Below are positions 31,569-36,287 of a DNA stretch of 36,287 bases, piece after piece. The position numbers were made by a program, and so were the translations under genes. A model generated the notes under the pieces. It made no database searches, was not told where the DNA came from, and saw only the letters and a program-made list of their open reading frames with translations. How positions within the stretch are numbered: position 1 is the stretch's first letter; the number at the start of each line of letters is the position of its first letter. The stretch is from an uncultured Candidatus Saccharibacteria bacterium. GTDB taxonomy: Bacteria > Patescibacteriota > Saccharimonadia > Saccharimonadales > UBA4665. The stretch lies in NCBI GenBank assembly GCA_964560755.1, contig CAZLLY010000004.1, forward strand, positions 1 through 36,287, read 5' to 3'.

Positions 31569-34496
31569 GTGCGGTACCATACATTTTCTAGGGCGGGACT
31601 GGTTGTGCTATGTTTGGCTATACTCATGAACCCGCTTGGGGCGGCTGCTCTAAATGCGCTTCTAAATAACACGCCGCTTTGGTTGAGCGATACGGTCCCG
31701 ACGGTTGAAAAAATTGCCGACCTGCCAAACAATGTCGTGCCCGCGTCATCGCCAAACGACTGTGAAATGAAGCCATCCCAGCCAGGCGCAGCCCCGACCT
31801 GTGAGGTAGTGACTTCGATCGGAACGTACAATAACGGTATCTTTGACGATGGTGTCCACGGCAGAGGCACAATGAGCGGCACACTCTTTCAGTACTCGGG
31901 CAACACAGGGTATACGTTCGTGCAGTATAGTGGCACTAAAGTTGGTGGGTATCGAGCCCTTGACCCGTCGAAACTAACGTATTCTAGTGGAAAATACCGT
32001 TATGCGGTTCCGCTCGATTTCACGCTGCTAGCTGGGAATGGTCAGGCGGCAACTGTCGCAACGCCAATGGCATTCTCAAATAACGGCAAATACATGGTAA
32101 CGATCGGTCTGCTCGGTACTGGAAATGGCATCATGTTGTTTGACATGACGACGCTGAAGGGGAAAGTGATCGCCAACATGCAAGGGGCGACTATATACGA
32201 CCAGACTACTCCTGGGGCGGGCAACCTAGCGGTGAGCGATAATGGGCGGTTTGTCGCAAGTGGAATAACTGAAAAAACGGCCGCTGGTGTCGAAAAAGGG
32301 CTACGTGTGTATGATACGTCGACATGCTTCGATCAGCTGATGATAGACTACAAAATACGAAATAGCTGCGAATACAAAAACATCTGGACGGGAACGATGC
32401 GCGGCGTTTCGTATGGAAGCGGTATCGCCCTGCAAGTCGGTAATGCCGAGCGGCCGCTAAATGTTCGTTTTGCTGCGAATAACAAAGTGACGTTTAGCGC
32501 TATTACCGACTATGTCTCACCTACAAACTTCCATGCCGCCACTTATTCGGCGACAGTCGACTCGGGCACTGCACCCCATATAGCCGTGCTCGGCATGGGT
32601 GACTCGTATATCGCAGGCGAGGGAGCCTACTATTACCGAGCGGGCACAGACACGTGGAACAACCACTGCCACACGTCTTGGCTGTCGTACCCATACACGC
32701 AGGGGCGGAAATATTACCCAACGGTGCAGTCGGTGGCATGCTCGGGCGCGGTGATGGACGACATAACAGACTCTAACGATAGGTATACTGGGCAGGTCAA
32801 TAATAAGAAACCATTTAATGACAGAGCAAATGCGGATCTTATTACCGAGGAGTTTATTCCTGGATATTCTAACCAGCTAAAGTTCAATATAGACTATTCT
32901 CCACAGAGTGTGTTGATATCTGTTGGCGGGAATGATGTGGGGTTTGCAGATGTAATTAGTCGTTGTATAAGCGTTGACAGCTGCTACAACACCTATGAAG
33001 ACCGCTATGAGCTGATGAAGACCATTATTGACGCATATCCAACACTTATAAAAACGTATGAAAAAATAAAAACTACTAATCCTGGAGTACGAATCTATGT
33101 AAGTGGATACCCGCAAATTGTTAACCCAAACCCAGTAGCCGGTGCATGCGCTGTTAATGTGCACATGAACGCCGCAGAGCTACAGTTTGCGAGCAGGCTT
33201 ACGACGTACCTCAACACTGTCATTGCGCGCGCAGCGGGTCAGACGGGAGTGTTATATGTAAACAATGAAACGGCGCTAAATGGCTATCGCCTTTGCGACA
33301 GTGGGCCTTCTAAGGCTGTCAACGGGTTAACCCAGGGTGACGACCTGGCGCTACCAGTAAACATCCCGCTAACCCGGTTGTATACGATGATCGGCATCGG
33401 CCGGGAAAGCTACCACCCCAACGCTCTTGGCCACAAGCTACTTGGGAACAATATAGCCAACCAGACTAAACGTTTTACGGCTGCGATGCCCGCAAAATCC
33501 CCCGCGTGGAGCCCGTTTGTTGATGCTACCAATGCACTTTTATCTGGAGCACCCAAAACGGGTCGACCAATCGAGCATGTCACATGGACCGAGCTTACCA
33601 AAACGCAGTATTTTTACGAACGTGGCAAACCAGTAGTCGTTGACTACGGTGATGCAGATGTACAGCCAGGAACAAATGTGCAGATCATCATAAACTCCAC
33701 ACCAACACTTCTGTACGATGGAAAACTTGACCCATCGACAGACAAGCTGACGGTGCGGTTGCCTGAAAGTGTTGAGCCAGGCTTTCACGAGCTTCACCTA
33801 TATGCCATGAATAGTGCCGGGCAGCGGATAGATTACCGCGACGTCGTGTATGTTGGCGACGATGCTTCTGCAACACCATCGTGCCATTTTACCGACGCTG
33901 CCAGAAATGTCGACGGTAGCCTGCTCGATGCCGATGCTGATGGTATAAACGACGCATGCGATGGAACTATCGGCGACCAGGGTGCTGATGCGACAGATAT
34001 TACGGCAATCCCCGAGGAGCAGCCATTTATCGAGGAAGCGCCAGAGGTAGACGAAACACCTCCTCCGCCTGATCAAAAAGATGATGAGTCGGACGCAGAA
34101 ACTTCCTCCACGCCTACGGCTGTAGATACGTCAAGTCAGGTTGATGAGCAGATCCTTTCCTCTACGCCTGCAGTTGAAAACGCATCAAATCAGGCGAATG
34201 CTCAGGTTCTCTCGGCTGTATCTATCCAGCCCGCCCAGACATTTACGTTGCCGTTGGCTGAGACGCCAACCTCGGCTTATATAGCTACAGTTGTGAGTAA
34301 GATTAGTGCACAAACAACGGAGGTCGGTTTAGTGTTGGGCACCACAGACACGCCGCATGGCTCAAGCGTAGCAAACACAAAACAAAAGATCACCTCGGGC
34401 AGTCGTGTAATGCTCTTTTTACTCGCTGCAGTCGGTGGTATATGCCTTGTTGGGCTTCTGGCCTTTTGGCGGAAGCGTCGATCTGCTACCATATAG
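31569..34496 (+). CDS. Large surface-anchored SGNH/GDSL-family hydrolase (esterase/lipase-type) with an N-terminal repeat/propeller-like domain, acidic stalk and C-terminal TM anchor
   Basis: This 975-aa ORF starts at a GTG with GGGAG 8 nt upstream and has a signal peptide (RAGLVVLCLAILMNPLGAAALNA). The SGNH blocks lie at nt about 32580-33440: block I VLGMGDSYIAGEG, block III SVGGNDVGF, and block V ESYHPNALGH (ExxH in place of DxxH). The N-terminal roughly 330 aa has propeller-like strings (NNGKYMVTIG, SDNGRFVASG, LRVYDTST). A DADADGINDACD calcium-binding-like motif follows, then a D/E/P/T/S-rich stalk. The C-terminal TM helix VMLFLLAAVGGICLVGLLAFW is followed by RKRRSATI. There is no LPXTG motif. 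Confidence 0.75.
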   Translation: MRYHTFSRAGLVVLCLAILMNPLGAAALNALLNNTPLWLSDTVPTVEKIADLPNNVVPASSPNDCEMKPSQPGAAPTCEVVTSIGTYNNGIFDDGVHGRGTMSGTLFQYSGNTGYTFVQYSGTKVGGYRALDPSKLTYSSGKYRYAVPLDFTLLAGNGQAATVATPMAFSNNGKYMVTIGLLGTGNGIMLFDMTTLKGKVIANMQGATIYDQTTPGAGNLAVSDNGRFVASGITEKTAAGVEKGLRVYDTSTCFDQLMIDYKIRNSCEYKNIWTGTMRGVSYGSGIALQVGNAERPLNVRFAANNKVTFSAITDYVSPTNFHAATYSATVDSGTAPHIAVLGMGDSYIAGEGAYYYRAGTDTWNNHCHTSWLSYPYTQGRKYYPTVQSVACSGAVMDDITDSNDRYTGQVNNKKPFNDRANADLITEEFIPGYSNQLKFNIDYSPQSVLISVGGNDVGFADVISRCISVDSCYNTYEDRYELMKTIIDAYPTLIKTYEKIKTTNPGVRIYVSGYPQIVNPNPVAGACAVNVHMNAAELQFASRLTTYLNTVIARAAGQTGVLYVNNETALNGYRLCDSGPSKAVNGLTQGDDLALPVNIPLTRLYTMIGIGRESYHPNALGHKLLGNNIANQTKRFTAAMPAKSPAWSPFVDATNALLSGAPKTGRPIEHVTWTELTKTQYFYERGKPVVVDYGDADVQPGTNVQIIINSTPTLLYDGKLDPSTDKLTVRLPESVEPGFHELHLYAMNSAGQRIDYRDVVYVGDDASATPSCHFTDAARNVDGSLLDADADGINDACDGTIGDQGADATDITAIPEEQPFIEEAPEVDETPPPPDQKDDESDAETSSTPTAVDTSSQVDEQILSSTPAVENASNQANAQVLSAVSIQPAQTFTLPLAETPTSAYIATVVSKISAQTTEVGLVLGTTDTPHGSSVANTKQKITSGSRVMLFLLAAVGGICLVGLLAFWRKRRSATI

Positions 34497-34499
34497 CTA

Positions 34500-35099
34500 A
34501 TGCCTAAAGCCAAATCTAAACCCACACCCAAACTCACCAAACCCCAGAAACTCCATCAGTTCCTAAAGAATATATCAGTTAAACAGTGGTTGCTGATCGT
34601 CGTAGCAATTGTACTCGGCATATACGTAACACTCCGCATTATTGACGCTGTACGTTATAGCACCATCAAAAAAGACATTACAACTATTGGCGAGGAGATC
34701 AATCAGGCGACGCCCGCCAGCGAGTTTAAGTCTGAGCAATACTGTGAATACTCAAGTATGAAGTTCCAAAAAGGGCCGCGTGGCTGCCATGTCATTAGCT
34801 ACATGAACTATGCCGACATTGATATTAGTAGAGCTAGCGAGATTGCGGACGCATCAAAGAAGCTAGTTGAAAAAAGATATTCACTTAAAGAACACCACAC
34901 CATTTTCCAAGATAGAACTGTCATCAATGATTACTTGTTCCAAAGTAATGGCACGTGGTGTTTTTTCAATTCAAAATATTTGCCTCAACAATCTATTGCA
35001 CCAACCAGGACAGAAATATTCAAGAACGAAATTAATGGGCTACTCATCAGCATCGGGTGTTCAGGCAATGCTATGGCTGAGTATTTCCCACTAAATTAG
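34500..35099 (+). CDS. Small N-terminally anchored Cys-containing protein, unknown family (intact copy of the tandem array)
   Basis: This is a 199-aa ORF. It has a basic N-terminus (MPKAKSKPTPKLTKPQKLHQFLK), a TM helix (WLLIVVAIVLGIYVTLRII), and an ectodomain containing QYCEYSSMKFQKGPRGCHV...GTWCFF...GCSGNAMAEYFPLN. It starts 3 nt after the SGNH hydrolase stop. Confidence 0.65.
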   Translation: MPKAKSKPTPKLTKPQKLHQFLKNISVKQWLLIVVAIVLGIYVTLRIIDAVRYSTIKKDITTIGEEINQATPASEFKSEQYCEYSSMKFQKGPRGCHVISYMNYADIDISRASEIADASKKLVEKRYSLKEHHTIFQDRTVINDYLFQSNGTWCFFNSKYLPQQSIAPTRTEIFKNEINGLLISIGCSGNAMAEYFPLN

Positions 35100-35105
35100 A
35101 AAAGA

Positions 35106-35694
35106 ATGCCTAAGTCCAAACTCACGAAACCCCAGAAACTCCATCAGTTCCTAAAGACTATATCAGTTAAGTAGTGGTTGCTGATCGTAGTAGCTATCGT
35201 GCTCGGCGTATATGTAACGCTCCGCATTATTGACGCTGTACGTTATAGCACCCTTAAAAAAGACATCACAACCATTGGTGAAGAAATAAACAAAGCCGCT
35301 CCTGCTACCAAACATAAACCAGTCCAATACTGTGAGTACTCGAGTATGAAATTCCAAAGAGGCCCACGTGGATGTCATGTCGAATATTATGCTTACTACG
35401 AAGGTATTGATAAAGAAAAGGCCATATCAATCACTGACGAAGTGAAAAAGATTGTAGGAGAGAAACACGAGCTGACAAAAAATGACGACATTGTACCGGA
35501 TAAACAGAAGATACTAGCATATTCTTTTGAAGACTTCGGCACGTATTGCTATATATGCATACTATTACCAGAAACCAGACCCCGGGCCGATGACAGTTAA
35601 CTTCCTTGGGGGCAGGCAGGAGATAACGGGGTTATTTGTTGGAGCTGGATGTTCTGGTAGCGCAATGGCTGAGTATTATCCGTTAGGATGGTAG
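35106..35694 (+). pseudogene. Disrupted paralog of 34500-35099 (in-frame TAG plus a frameshift)
   Basis: From the ATG at 35106 the sequence reads MPKSKLTKPQKLHQFLKTISVK*WLLIVVAIVLGVYVTLRIIDAVRYSTLKKDITTIGEEINKA...QYCEYSSMKFQRGPRGCHV.... The TAG at 35172-35174 replaces the CAG of copy 1. Homology to the copy-1 C-terminus (EITGLFVGAGCSGSAMAEYYPLGW* versus EINGLLISIGCSGNAMAEYFPLN*) continues in the +1 frame from about 35555-35565 to the stop at 35692-35694. Confidence 0.7.
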
Positions 35695-35697
35695 CCC

Positions 35698-35754
35698 ATG
35701 CCTAAACCCGCACCCAAACTCACCAAACCCCAGAAACTCCACCAACACCAATAG
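35698..35754 (+). pseudogene. Truncated third copy of the same family (18-codon N-terminal remnant)
   Basis: The sequence ATGCCTAAACCCGCACCCAAACTCACCAAACCCCAGAAACTCCACCAACACCAATAG translates to MPKPAPKLTKPQKLHQHQ*. It matches the first roughly 15 codons of copies 1 and 2 and then ends. Confidence 0.6.
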
Positions 35755-35765
35755 ACGCCTCGACC

Positions 35766-35812
35766 AAATGAGGTAAAAGTCAACCCTGTTAATATCTCAT
35801 CCCAGGTGAAAA
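35766..35812 (-). repeat. 46-bp intergenic motif, copy 4
   Basis: The plus strand reads aaatgaggtaaaagtcaaccctgttaatatctcatcccaggtgaaaa. It has 6 mismatches in 46 positions relative to copy 3. It ends 10 nt before the ahcY stop codon. Confidence 0.8.
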
Positions 35813-35821
35813 CGCAGTATG

Positions 35822-36287
35822 TTAGTAGCGGTATGTTTCGGGTTTGAATGGGCCTGTTTTCGATAGGTCAAGGTAGTCGGCCTGCGTGTCGGAGAGGGAA
35901 GTGAGCTGGCCACCGAGGGCTTCGACGTGAACCCTTGCGACTTTTTCGTCGAGCTCTTTTGGTAGCAGGTGGACGCCGATCTCATAGTCTTTGGTCCAGA
36001 GCTCGATTTGAGCGAGGACTTGGTTGCAAAATGAGTTACTCATAACAAAACTTGGGTGTCCGGTAGCGCAACCAAGGTTAACCAAACGGCCCTCGGCGAG
36101 CAAGATTATGCGGTGACCATTGGGGAATGTATAGAGGTCAACCTGAGGTTTGATGGTTTCTTTTACGATACCCGCAACGGCGTCGAGCTCGGCAACCTGG
36201 ATTTCGATGTCAAAATGCCCAATGTTACTGACAATGGCGGTGTCTTTCATGTTTTTCATGTGCTCGGCGGTGATGATGTCGCGGCAG
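35822..36287 (-). CDS. ahcY: Adenosylhomocysteinase, C-terminal part (5' end beyond the right edge)
   Basis: The sequences [46 protein letters not shown] and the C-terminal [10 protein letters not shown] are hallmark SAH hydrolase sequences. The reading frame stays open to position 36287. Confidence 0.93.
   Translation of the reverse strand, partial: CRDIITAEHMKNMKDTAIVSNIGHFDIEIQVAELDAVAGIVKETIKPQVDLYTFPNGHRIILLAEGRLVNLGCATGHPSFVMSNSFCNQVLAQIELWTKDYEIGVHLLPKELDEKVARVHVEALGGQLTSLSDTQADYLDLSKTGPFKPETYRY

Noticed and set aside
35172-35174. In-frame TAG in paralog copy 2 as evidence for stop-codon reassignment or an alternative genetic code
   Set aside because: TAG, TAA and TGA all terminate well-conserved genes at their expected lengths in this window. 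Examples are virB4 and yidC with TGA, rpmH with TAA and the 296-aa gene with TAG. The same copy also carries a frameshift, so a pseudogene is the simpler reading.
1-36287. Scan for CRISPR arrays, rRNA or tRNA genes, IS elements and prophage genes
   Set aside because: I saw no regularly spaced direct repeats and no tRNA-like T-loop or acceptor structures in the short intergenic regions. I also saw no transposase, integrase, capsid or terminase-like ORFs.

Overview
This 36.3-kb chromosomal window contains no rRNA, tRNA, CRISPR array, transposase or integrase that I can see. GC is about 50% overall, with visibly AT-richer stretches at about 22.8-24.2 kb and 34.5-35.8 kb. The window spans a replication-origin region with the layout recF<-dnaN<-dnaA | DnaA-box cluster | rpmH->rnpA->yidC->jag->yvcK. 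To the left of the origin lies a six-gene operon resembling a monoderm-type type IV secretion system (T4SS). It encodes a PrgI/VirB3-like protein, a VirB4 that appears split into two overlapping ORFs, a 983-aa membrane protein ending in an M15 peptidase, a glucosaminidase+M23 protein, and an AT-rich anchored surface protein. A VirB2-like and a VirB6-like gene sit 10 kb away at the left edge. Housekeeping genes lie between them: a P-type ATPase, polA, a Nudix hydrolase and a PadR/PspC pair. An orphan protein with a PD-(D/E)xK-like motif also lies there. To the right of the origin are a 975-aa surface-anchored SGNH/GDSL hydrolase, a decaying tandem array of a small membrane-anchored protein family, and the 3' end of ahcY. 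Two repeat families are not explained by any gene. One is an inverted pair of about 110-bp multi-hairpin elements bracketing polA to a small TM gene. The other is a 46-bp intergenic motif present four times, whose orientation flips across the origin. Gene content suggests a cell-wall-containing, reduced-genome bacterium, possibly Patescibacteria/Saccharibacteria-like. That lineage call is inference only. All domain calls rest on motifs read by eye, not on database searches.
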